Positions 54,975 through 63,205 of a stretch of 64,000 bases of DNA are shown here, piece by piece. Below the pieces are notes generated by a model. The model saw only the letters and a list, made by a program, of their open reading frames with translations, ran no database searches and was not told the origin of the DNA. Source of the stretch: an uncultured Anaerolineales bacterium (GTDB taxonomy: Bacteria; Chloroflexota; Anaerolineae; Anaerolineales; UBA6663); NCBI GenBank assembly GCA_964480865.1, contig CAYZRP010000001.1, positions 22,096 through 86,095 of the forward strand, written 5' to 3'. How positions within the stretch are numbered: the stretch's first letter is position 1; every line of letters starts with the position of its first letter. The translations under genes and the position numbers were made by a program.

Positions 54975-55940
54975 TCAGGCGCGCGGCTCCGACTCGTACA
55001 CGAGTTGTTGGCGCGTATATAGGAAGCCCGGTGGATGCAGGCCGACGAACAGAAGTCGGGCATGCGGGTGCGCCACCGACTTGAATGGGCTCTGCCCACC
55101 CGGCGTCGTCTGGCCGCCGATATAAACCGACGAGTAATTCACGAAGAGCTCGTCGAGCGCCTGCTCGCCCAACAGATGCCACCAGTAAGTCGGCGACTCG
55201 ACGAGCAGGTGTTCGATGCCGATTCGGCGCAGGGCATACAGCAGCACCCCGGTATGTGGGGCATCCTCGCCCGCCATCAAGACGATCGGATGACCCGCCT
55301 GCCGGGCTGCCTGAAAGTGTGCAGAGAGGTCCGACGTATCCACTTCTGCCTGCGTGTTGAACGGCCCAAGCCATACCGTGTCCGCTGCGATGAGCGGCTT
55401 CAAGTGTGCTCCGCCCCTGGCGCATGTCGCGATCATGGGGCGCCCGTCGGCACGTCGAAAGGCAGGGTGGTCGAGAGGCACATCGCTGCCGTCAAGCGAA
55501 ACCACGATGGGCACCAGGGGCAGGGTCTTTCCGAGGATGACCGGCCGCTCGGCGATCAGGTCGACGTCCTGGCAGCCGAACTCGGCGTCGGGCTCAGCCG
55601 CCAGGGTGCGCGCTCCGATCAGGCTGGCGTCGGCGTAGGCGCGCAGCACGTTGAGGATCCAGTAGTCTGCGGCGCCCCCGTCGGGGTCGAGCGAGTTGTT
55701 CGAGGCCACCAACGGCCCGCGCGTGTCGTCAGGGTAGGCCATCTTGCCATCGAACGACAGCACGATCGACGCGAAGATGTACGGCCGGTCCGAGCCCGGC
55801 TTTGGAAAGAAGAGCTCGTGGAAGTTGGATTGAGCCTTCGAGAGAGACGCCGCCGCCTGCGATCGAAACCGCAAAGATTGCAGCGCCATCTCGTCGCTGT
55901 ACAGAGCTGAAATGCGCGGTGGGTTGGGGTTGATAGACAT
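54975..55940 (-). CDS. RibD C-terminal-domain-like reductase (pyrimidine-reductase / DHFR-like fold), with an N-terminal extension of about 50 aa
   Basis: RPYIFASIVLSFDGKMAYPD...DYWILNVLRAYADASLIGARTLAAEPD...IVVSLDGS resembles the RibD_C pattern (P-x-V-x-x-x-A-x-SLDGK...LRA..DA...G..T). Family assignment is moderate. Confidence 0.55.
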   Translation of the reverse strand: MSINPNPPRISALYSDEMALQSLRFRSQAAASLSKAQSNFHELFFPKPGSDRPYIFASIVLSFDGKMAYPDDTRGPLVASNNSLDPDGGAADYWILNVLRAYADASLIGARTLAAEPDAEFGCQDVDLIAERPVILGKTLPLVPIVVSLDGSDVPLDHPAFRRADGRPMIATCARGGAHLKPLIAADTVWLGPFNTQAEVDTSDLSAHFQAARQAGHPIVLMAGEDAPHTGVLLYALRRIGIEHLLVESPTYWWHLLGEQALDELFVNYSSVYIGGQTTPGGQSPFKSVAHPHARLLFVGLHPPGFLYTRQQLVYESEPRA

Positions 55941-56012
55941 CTGGGTCTCGAAGCGGTTCGTGGCGCTTCACCAAACGTCACTGGTCGCAGTGTACTGTAG
56001 GCATTACAACAC

Positions 56013-56031
56013 TGTCAACTGACAGTTGACA
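56013..56031. promoter_or_regulatory. 19-bp palindrome in the divergent control region (candidate shared operator)
   Basis: tgtcaactgacagttgaca is palindromic around its central A. It contains TTGACA on the + strand (56026-56031) and on the - strand (56018-56013). A related imperfect copy, tgtcaagtatagttgcaca, lies at 56098-56116. Confidence 0.5.
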
Positions 56032-56054
56032 CGCAAACCTGATCGGCATAGGAT
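56026..56054 (+). promoter_or_regulatory. Candidate sigma-70-type promoter for the BMP-ABC operon
   Basis: TTGACA (56026-56031), 17-nt spacer, TAGGAT (56049-56054). This would give a leader of about 270 nt before ATG 56334. Identified by eye only. Confidence 0.3.
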
Positions 56055-56333
56055 GCACATGTAAAACCACGAGGGCGGGAAGAAACTACACCAAATCTGT
56101 CAAGTATAGTTGCACACGGGCGCACCGTTCGTTCTGACGGATGATGCCTGTGTGGGTCAACGAAGTGGATGAGTGAGCTGTGCACAGGTTCGGGCAAACC
56201 GGTCTCTCCCACTACACAGGTGCCTCCTGCTCTCTCGCGAAGGCGTTCGATCCTTTCACGTGCGCACCCGGTCATGCACCGGTCTCGGCGGACTCCAGAC
56301 GGATGATCACATCCACAAAAGGGAGAAGGAGCG

Positions 56334-57338
56334 ATGAATCTTATTAACGCCTGTCGAATGATTGCGATTGCGTCACTGACGGTTGCTGCCGTTGGCTGCA
56401 CCCCGGCAGCGACCCCGGCACCCGCCGCGCCCACAGAAGGCGCCAAGACCATCCGGGTCGCCATGATCACGTCTGGCCCCACCAATGATCATGGGTGGCA
56501 CCAGAACGCCCTGGAGGGCCTCCAGTCCATCAACAAGGAACTGGGCTACGAGATCGCCTACTCCGAAAGCGTCGAATCGGCGCAACAGCAGAACACCCTG
56601 CGCCAGTATGCCCAGCAGGGCTACAACCTGATCTACTGCCACGGCTATGAGTGGGGCGAGGCCCTCAAGGCGGTTGCACCCGATTTCCCGGATACGATGT
56701 TCGTCCAGATCAACGCCACGACCGAAGGCGCTAACATCGTGGGCACGAACTTCAAGTTCGGCGAACTTGGCTACTTTGCGGGCATGGCCGCCGGCATGAT
56801 GACCAAGAACGGCAAGATCGGCATCGTGGCCGCGCAGGACGCCCCGCAGGTGACCGCGGACTCCGACACGATCCAGCTCGGCGCCAAGGCCGTCAATGCG
56901 GACGCCGACGTCAACGTCTCGTTCGTGGGTTCGTGGGACGACGTGGTCAAGGGCCAGCAGGTGACGCAGGCCCAGATCGATCGCGGTGTCGACGTCCTCA
57001 TCATCATCGGCGACTCCTTCGCGCCACCGGCGATTGAGCTGGCCAAGTCGAAGGGCATCATGGTCATCGGCGGCTGGAGTGGCGATGCGCACGACCTCGC
57101 CCCCGACACCGTGATCACGAGCGCCGTTCAGGACGTCCCGGGCGTGTACCTGTCAGTCGCCAGGCAGTACGGGGCCGGCACCCTCAAGGGCGGCACCTCC
57201 TTCGTCAGCGGGTTCGCCGAGAAGACGCAGAAGATGGGCGTCTGGGGCGACTTCGTCCCCGCCGAGGTCAAGGACAAGGTGAATGCCGCCATCGCCGACT
57301 ATCTCGACGGCAAGCTCGATTTCCCGGTGCTCAAGTAG
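56334..57338 (+). CDS. BMP-family (PnrA/Med-like) ABC transporter substrate-binding lipoprotein
   Basis: RBS ggagaaggag. Signal peptide plus lipobox (LTVAAVGC). IRVAMITSGPTNDHGWHQNALEGL...GYNLIYCHGYEWGEA is typical of the basic-membrane-protein (nucleoside/purine-binding) family. Confidence 0.85.
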   Translation: MNLINACRMIAIASLTVAAVGCTPAATPAPAAPTEGAKTIRVAMITSGPTNDHGWHQNALEGLQSINKELGYEIAYSESVESAQQQNTLRQYAQQGYNLIYCHGYEWGEALKAVAPDFPDTMFVQINATTEGANIVGTNFKFGELGYFAGMAAGMMTKNGKIGIVAAQDAPQVTADSDTIQLGAKAVNADADVNVSFVGSWDDVVKGQQVTQAQIDRGVDVLIIIGDSFAPPAIELAKSKGIMVIGGWSGDAHDLAPDTVITSAVQDVPGVYLSVARQYGAGTLKGGTSFVSGFAEKTQKMGVWGDFVPAEVKDKVNAAIADYLDGKLDFPVLK

Positions 57339-57383
57339 GCGGTGGAACCTGTTTGATGACCATCGAGAATAAGGTCTGAATAG

Positions 57384-57529
57384 AGACGGGTGCCCCGCCG
57401 GAACGTCGAGCGGGGGTGGGGAGCGTAGAGCGTAAAGCGTGGAGCGACCACGCTGCCGCGATCCGGCGCGTTCGCGTGAACGCTCCACGCTCTACGCTCC
57501 ACGCCCTACGCTCCGAGGGGCGCCCGTCT
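57384..57529. repeat. Heptamer-array hairpin element C (GAGCGTN units), nested inside an outer stem
   Basis: Outer stem: agacgggtgcccc (57384-57396) pairs with ggggcgcccgtct (57517-57529) at 12 of 13 positions. Inner left arm g/gagcgta/gagcgta/aagcgtg/gagcg (57420-57446). Inner right arm cgctc/cacgctc/tacgctc/cacgccc/tacgctc/c (57481-57514). Confidence 0.65.
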
Positions 57530-57557
57530 TCGTGTCCGCGCAATCGGAGTGCGATTC

Positions 57558-58661
57558 ATGGCCGAAGACGTCAGCCAGAACCTTGCGCCGCTCAAGCCCA
57601 AAGCACGCCTCAATTTGCCTATCGCGAATATCGCGATGCCACTGCTGTCGATCGTGATTGCGGCGCTGGCGGGCGCCGTCATCATCCTGCTCATGGGCTA
57701 TGACCCGATCAAGGCCTATGCGGCCCTGGCGCAGGGCTCTTTCGGAAACCTGATGCAGACGTCGGAGACCGTCAAGACGGCGGTCCCGCTGCTGCTGTGC
57801 GGCCTGGGGATCGCCTTCGCCTTCCAATCGGGGGCGTTCAACATCGGCGCCGTCGGCCAGATGTATATGGGCGCACTGGCGGCCATCCTGGTCGCCGGGC
57901 AGCCCATGGGCCTACCCGGATGGCTGCACATGCTGGTCGCCACGCTCGCGGCCTTCGCCGCCGGCGGGCTATGGGCCTTGCTCCCGGCCGTCCTGAAAGT
58001 CCGCTACGCCTCCAACGAAATCATCTCGACCATCCTGCTGAATTACGTGGCGATCTACCTGGTCGATTACATGGTCGCCGGGCCGATCAAGTCAGGCGGG
58101 TTCGGCGGCGCGCCGACATCGTGGCCCGTGCTACAGGGCGTGATGTACCCGAAGCTGGTGCCGCAGACACAGCTCCATCTGGGGTTGATCTTCGCGCTCA
58201 GCGCCATGATCATCCTGTTCTTCATCATGCGCTATACGACCCTGGGTCAGCGCGTGCGCATCGTCGGCCAGAACCGCGTGGCCGCAGCGCATGCCGGCAT
58301 CCGGGCCGATCGCGTTTACCTGTTGGCCTTCTTCTTCAGCGGAAGCCTGGCCGGTCTGGCCGGAGCGGCCGAGATCCTGGGGTATCAGGCTCGACTGATC
58401 TCAGGGTTCGCCCCCAGCACTGGCTATGACGCCATCGCCGTCGCGCTCCTGGGCGGCCACGCACCCTTCATGGTCGGTCTGTCGGCGCTGTTCTTTGCCG
58501 GGCTGCAGACCGGGGCTGTTGCGATGGAGGCGATCGCCAAACTACCGGCCCAGCTGGTCGACCTCATCCGCGTGCTGGCCATCCTTTCGGTGCTGGCGGC
58601 CTCGTCGCCTCGGATCGTCGAGATCGCGCGCAAGCTGCAGGGGGAGGATCACAAATGGTAA
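57558..58661 (+). CDS. ABC transporter permease (BPD_transp_2 type, partner of the BMP SBP)
   Basis: ATG at 57558 lies 8 nt after ggag. About 9 TM segments. Typical nucleoside/simple-sugar ABC permease. Confidence 0.85.
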   Translation: MAEDVSQNLAPLKPKARLNLPIANIAMPLLSIVIAALAGAVIILLMGYDPIKAYAALAQGSFGNLMQTSETVKTAVPLLLCGLGIAFAFQSGAFNIGAVGQMYMGALAAILVAGQPMGLPGWLHMLVATLAAFAAGGLWALLPAVLKVRYASNEIISTILLNYVAIYLVDYMVAGPIKSGGFGGAPTSWPVLQGVMYPKLVPQTQLHLGLIFALSAMIILFFIMRYTTLGQRVRIVGQNRVAAAHAGIRADRVYLLAFFFSGSLAGLAGAAEILGYQARLISGFAPSTGYDAIAVALLGGHAPFMVGLSALFFAGLQTGAVAMEAIAKLPAQLVDLIRVLAILSVLAASSPRIVEIARKLQGEDHKW

Positions 58662-59713
58662 CGGCGTGGTGGTCGCGCGGCTGGGTTCGGACGACGGCGA
58701 TCGTGCTGGCCGCGCTGGTTGTGTTCTGGATCGTGCTCGAGCTGGCTGGCGAAGAGACGCGCAACATCGCAAATGGCTTCTTCACCATCCTGGCCGCGCC
58801 CGAGTTCGTCAAGGCCGCTCTGATCGCGGCCATTCCCCTGTTGCTGGCGGCTTTGGGCGGATTGATCAGCGAGCTTTCGGGCGTGTTGAACATGGCGCTC
58901 GAAGCCATGATGCTGGTCGGCGCTTTCGTCGCTTACACGGTTGCCGATCACAGCGGCAGTCCGTGGATCGGTCTGCTGGCGGCCGGCCTGTCGGGCCTTG
59001 TCCTGGGCCTCGCTCATGCGCTGTTCACTGTGACGCTACGCGCCAATCAGGTGGTCAGCGCCGTGGCCCTCAATCTGTTCGCGGTGGCGGCCACAGCCCT
59101 GGCTTTCCGCGTCCTGTACATCCATAAGGCTTTCCAGGCGGCGCCCGGGTTTGAGGCCCTTCATTTCCCGGTGCTCAGCGACCTGCCGTACGTCGGCGTC
59201 GCGCTCTTCCAGCACAACATCCTCATCTACCTGTCTCTGCTGTTGATCCCGGTGATGTGGTTCATCCTGTACAAAACCTCCTGGGGCCTGACGCTGCGAT
59301 CGGTCGGCGAACACCCGATGGCGGCCAACACGGTCGGCATCAAGGTCAACCGGGTGCGCTACATCGCGATCCTGCTCAGCGGCACGCTCGTTGGGATGAG
59401 TGGCTCGGCGCTGGTTTCCGCCTCGGGCATCAATGCCTTCCAGGAGAACCTGTCGGCGGGGCGCGGCTTCATCGCTTTTGCGGCCGTGATCTTCGGGCGC
59501 TACGACCCGATCGGCGCCTTCCTCGGCACGATCCTCTTCGGCCTGGGCGACGCCCTGCAGATCCGGCTTCAAGCATACGGCGTCGAGGTGCCATACCAGT
59601 TACTGCTGATGCTGCCCTACGTGATCACGTTGCTGGCGCTTGTCGTGTTCATGCGCAATGCCCGTGGGCCGGCGGCCAGCGGCACGCCATTCGTGGAGGA
59701 GGGGGCAGGATGA
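58655..59713 (+). CDS. ABC transporter permease (BPD_transp_2 type)
   Basis: RBS ggggagga. Overlaps the upstream stop by 7 nt. Polytopic. Paired with the preceding permease. Confidence 0.85.
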   Translation: MVTAWWSRGWVRTTAIVLAALVVFWIVLELAGEETRNIANGFFTILAAPEFVKAALIAAIPLLLAALGGLISELSGVLNMALEAMMLVGAFVAYTVADHSGSPWIGLLAAGLSGLVLGLAHALFTVTLRANQVVSAVALNLFAVAATALAFRVLYIHKAFQAAPGFEALHFPVLSDLPYVGVALFQHNILIYLSLLLIPVMWFILYKTSWGLTLRSVGEHPMAANTVGIKVNRVRYIAILLSGTLVGMSGSALVSASGINAFQENLSAGRGFIAFAAVIFGRYDPIGAFLGTILFGLGDALQIRLQAYGVEVPYQLLLMLPYVITLLALVVFMRNARGPAASGTPFVEEGAG

Positions 59714-61311
59714 GCACGCAAACCGTCTCCCCAAGCCCGGCCGAAACGCCCGCGAACGGCGACACCGTCCTGGAGCTGCGCCATATCGTCAAGCGTTTCC
59801 CCGGGATCGTGGCCAACGATCACGTCAGCCTGAAGATCCGCGCCGGTGAAGTGCACGCGTTGCTCGGCGAGAACGGCGCGGGCAAGTCCACGCTGATGAA
59901 GGTGGTCTACGGCCTGTATCAGAAGGACGAGGGCGAGATCCTGGTCCGCAACCAGCCCGCGCAGATCCGCGTCCCACAGGATGCGATGGCGCTGGGCATT
60001 GGCATGGTGCACCAGCACTTCATGCTGGTTCCTACCTTTACGGTGCTCGAGAACATCATCCTCGGGCTGCGGACGGGTCGGTACCCGCTGCTTGACCTGG
60101 GGGAAAGCCTCGCACAGATCAAGACCCTGGCCGACGACTTCGGCCTGAACGCTCCGCTCTCGGCCAAGGTCGGCGCCCTCACCGTCGGTCAGCAGCAGAA
60201 AGTCGAGATCATCAAGGCGCTCTACCGGGGCGCGCGCATCCTGATCCTCGACGAGCCGACGGCCGTGCTGATCCCGCAGGAGGCCGAGGAGCTCTTCAAG
60301 CTCATCGAGCATCTGCGCGCCGACGGCGTGACCCTGATCTTCATCAGCCACAAACTGAAGGAAGTGCTGCGCGTGAGCGACAGGATCACGGTCATGCGTC
60401 GCGGGCAGCTGATCGACACTCGTGACACCGCCGCCACGACGATCACCGAACTCGCCGAACTCATGGTCGGCAAGGCGGTGGATCTGACCATCGCCAAGCG
60501 ACCCACGACGCCCGGCGAGAACCATCTAGAGCTTCGGAAGGTCACGACGCGCGTTGACCAGGAGACCCGGCCGCTGCAGGAACTCGATCTCGCGTTGCGC
60601 TCCGGCGAGATCCATGGGCTGGCGGGCGTCGACGGCAACGGGCAGCAGGCATTGGTGCAGGCCATCATGGGGCTCTGCCCGCTGGCCGGCGGCCAGGTGC
60701 TCTACCACGGCCGGGATATCGCGGCCATGGAGACGTCCGAACGAATCAGCCGCGGGATCGAGCACATCCCCGAGAACCGGCACACCGAGGGCCTGGTGCT
60801 CGGCCTGAACGTCACCGACAACCTGCTCCTCGAGCGTTTCGAGCGGCCGCCTTTCGCGAGCCGGGGGATGCGCCAGTTTAAGACGATGCACGAGCACGCC
60901 GCGACGCTGATGCGGAAGTTCGACATCCGCGCGCCCAACCCGGACGTGCAGACGCTGAAACTTTCAGGCGGCAACCAGCAGAAGGTCATCCTGGCGCGAT
61001 CGCTCTGGCCGGACCCGACCGTGCTGATCGCGATGCAACCGACGCGCGGACTTGACGTCGGCGCTGCCTCCTTCATCCACAAGCAGATGGTCGAGGCCCG
61101 CGACCGCGGCTGTGCCGTCCTGATCATCTCCTCCGAACTGGACGAGATCATGGCCGTCAGCGACGTCATCAGCGTGATCTACGAAGGCAAAATCGTCGAG
61201 ACACGCGCGACCAAAGACACGAACCTGAACCGCATCGGCTTCCTGATGGCCGGCGGCCGGCCCGAAGAAGCGCCGGTCGGGCCGGCAGAGGAAGTGACGT
61301 ACTTGACGTGA
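59710..61311 (+). CDS. ABC transporter ATP-binding protein with two fused ABC domains
   Basis: ATGA overlap at 59710-59713. First Walker A GENGAGKSTLMK, signature LTVGQQQKVEIIKAL, Walker B ILILDEPT. Second domain: GVDGNGQQAL, LSGGNQQKVILARSL. Confidence 0.9.
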   Translation: MSTQTVSPSPAETPANGDTVLELRHIVKRFPGIVANDHVSLKIRAGEVHALLGENGAGKSTLMKVVYGLYQKDEGEILVRNQPAQIRVPQDAMALGIGMVHQHFMLVPTFTVLENIILGLRTGRYPLLDLGESLAQIKTLADDFGLNAPLSAKVGALTVGQQQKVEIIKALYRGARILILDEPTAVLIPQEAEELFKLIEHLRADGVTLIFISHKLKEVLRVSDRITVMRRGQLIDTRDTAATTITELAELMVGKAVDLTIAKRPTTPGENHLELRKVTTRVDQETRPLQELDLALRSGEIHGLAGVDGNGQQALVQAIMGLCPLAGGQVLYHGRDIAAMETSERISRGIEHIPENRHTEGLVLGLNVTDNLLLERFERPPFASRGMRQFKTMHEHAATLMRKFDIRAPNPDVQTLKLSGGNQQKVILARSLWPDPTVLIAMQPTRGLDVGAASFIHKQMVEARDRGCAVLIISSELDEIMAVSDVISVIYEGKIVETRATKDTNLNRIGFLMAGGRPEEAPVGPAEEVTYLT

Positions 61312-61331
61312 AGGCGACCTGACCCCGACCT

Positions 61332-61427
61332 GACCGCAGACGGCGGACCGCGGACCGCAGACGTTCAGGCCGAGGTGCCTTTGGTGTTTCCGCAACTGCT
61401 GCGGTCCGCGGTCCGCCGTCTGCGGTC
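61332..61427. terminator. Heptamer-array hairpin element D (GACCGCN units): perfect 29-bp inverted repeat between convergent genes
   Basis: gaccgca/gacggcg/gaccgcg/gaccgca/g (61332-61360) is exactly complementary to 61399-61427. Loop 38 nt. It starts 20 nt after the ATPase stop and touches the stop codon of the convergent dehydrogenase. Confidence 0.7.
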
Positions 61428-62452
61428 TATGCCAACCTGTACACCAACTCCGCGCCGGCCAGTACGTTGACGACGTTCTGGTAGTCGTCGAGGCGCAGGT
61501 CGCGCTGGGCGGTGGGCACGGTGCCGGCGGCGGTGTGCGGCGTCAGGACCACGTTGACCGTGGGCGGGCGCGACGGCGCCAGCAGCGGGCAATCCGGTCG
61601 GATCGGCTCGTAAGTGAAGTTGTCGACGGCGACGCCGTACAGGCGACCGGAGGCGATGGCCTCCGCCAGGGCGGCTTCATCGATGGTGCCGCTGCCGCCC
61701 GCGCTGACGAAGCAGGCGCCCGGCTTGAGTTTGGCGAAGAACTCGGCGTTCAGGCTCTGATCGGTTTCGGGCAGGAGCGGGAGCAGGGCGCAGACGAAGT
61801 CGCTGGCGGCCAGCAGATCATCGAGGGGTGCGTAGCGGGCGGCGAGTTCGCGCTCGGCATGATTCGGGAGGCGATTGCGCTTGTTGTAGAGCACCTGACA
61901 ACCGAAGGGCTTGAGCCGACGCGCCAGTTCGAAACCGATCTCGCCCATTCCGACGATGCCGATCGTCGAGCCCCACAGGCCACGCAGGTCGGTTCGCGCG
62001 GACCAGTTGTAGGCGAAGTAGTCCTCGGTACAACGGGTCGGCTCAAGTCCGAACGGATCCGCGCTCAAGACGACCTCGGTCAGCTCACGGGCGCGCTTGG
62101 CGAGGCTGAGCATCTGCATGAAGAGATGCTCGGCCACCATGATGCAGGTGCGGATCGGCAGGTAGCAGACGGGGACGCCGGCGGCGCGGGCCGCTTCGAG
62201 GTCGATGTCGTGGGTCTGGGATCCCCAGCGCTGGATCAGGCGCAGCGACGTCCCGGCCTTGATGACGTCGGCGTCGATCACGCCCGAGCGCTCGGTGATC
62301 AGGAACTCTTTGCCCGGGACCGCGGCGATGACGTCTGCCAGGGTTGGGGTGCGCAGCACCGTGATGTCCAGTTCCGGCGGCGCGGCTTCCAGAGCCGCCT
62401 GTTGGTGGTACAGGCCGCGGTGCGTGATGAACAGAGTCGGATGTTTGATCAT
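61427..62452 (-). CDS. D-isomer-specific 2-hydroxyacid dehydrogenase family protein
   Basis: ATG at 62452 follows gaagggga. NAD-binding GSTIGIVGMGEIGFELARRL. The catalytic-domain pattern ends NVVLTPHTAAGT. Confidence 0.85.
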   Translation of the reverse strand: MIKHPTLFITHRGLYHQQAALEAAPPELDITVLRTPTLADVIAAVPGKEFLITERSGVIDADVIKAGTSLRLIQRWGSQTHDIDLEAARAAGVPVCYLPIRTCIMVAEHLFMQMLSLAKRARELTEVVLSADPFGLEPTRCTEDYFAYNWSARTDLRGLWGSTIGIVGMGEIGFELARRLKPFGCQVLYNKRNRLPNHAERELAARYAPLDDLLAASDFVCALLPLLPETDQSLNAEFFAKLKPGACFVSAGGSGTIDEAALAEAIASGRLYGVAVDNFTYEPIRPDCPLLAPSRPPTVNVVLTPHTAAGTVPTAQRDLRLDDYQNVVNVLAGAELVYRLA

Positions 62453-62701
62453 GGAGTCCCCTTCTGAAAGCGGCACGCGAGCAACGACTCGCGTTCAAGT
62501 GGTGCTCAAAGAAGATGAGCGGAGCTTTAAGCCGGTGACTCTATGCTATGAGGTCGCGTGCTCGTTTGTCAAGCCGGGGTGCCCGGGTCTTTTCAACAAA
62601 CCCGCCGTGCCAATCCTGAATCGGGCCTGGATGACGTCGTCAGTCGTCTGGCCCCACTGCCCGGGGCTGAGGGTGCCGGGCTTTGACTCACAGGTATATC
62701 C

Positions 62702-63205
62702 ATGAAGATCCGATTCACGCTGAATGAACGCCCGACGGAGGTGGAGACGGAATCCGACCGCTCCGCGCTGACGGTGTTGCGCGACGACCTTCGCCTGACG
62801 GGCACCAAGGTCGGTTGCGATACGCTCGATTGCGGCGTGTGCGCGGTGCTCTATGACGATCGGCTTGTCAAAGCCTGTAGCCTGACGGCCGCGGATCTTG
62901 AGGGGCATCGGGTGGTCACGATTGAAGGCATCCAGGGCCCTGGCGGCGGGTTGAGCGACCTGCAAGAAGCCTTTTTGGATCATGGCGCTGTGCAATGCGG
63001 TTTTTGCATCCCGGCCATGATCCTGGCCGGCGAGGCCTTGCTGCGGCGGAACCCCAACCCCAGTCGAGACGACATTCGACGCGGGCTCGCGATCGTCCTC
63101 TGCCGGTGCACGGGCTATCAACAGATCGTGGATGCCGTCGCCGACACTGCGCGGCGACGACAGGTCGGGGCTCGCGCCGCTGGCGAGTTGGAGAGTGCGC
63201 CATGA
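62702..63205 (+). CDS. (2Fe-2S)-binding small subunit of a xanthine-dehydrogenase / CO-dehydrogenase-family molybdoenzyme
   Basis: GTKVGCDTLDCGVCAVL (plant-type cluster) and GAVQCGFCIPAMIL...CRCTGYQQIVDAV (second cluster). 167 aa. Confidence 0.9.
   Translation: MKIRFTLNERPTEVETESDRSALTVLRDDLRLTGTKVGCDTLDCGVCAVLYDDRLVKACSLTAADLEGHRVVTIEGIQGPGGGLSDLQEAFLDHGAVQCGFCIPAMILAGEALLRRNPNPSRDDIRRGLAIVLCRCTGYQQIVDAVADTARRRQVGARAAGELESAP

Noticed and set aside
56055-56333. A purine, ZTP or other known riboswitch in the long leader of the BMP-ABC operon.
   Set aside because: I could not find the conserved cores of the guanine/adenine, ZTP (pfl), PRPP or 2'-dG classes. Only generic pairing potential is present. 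This is left as an open question rather than a call.
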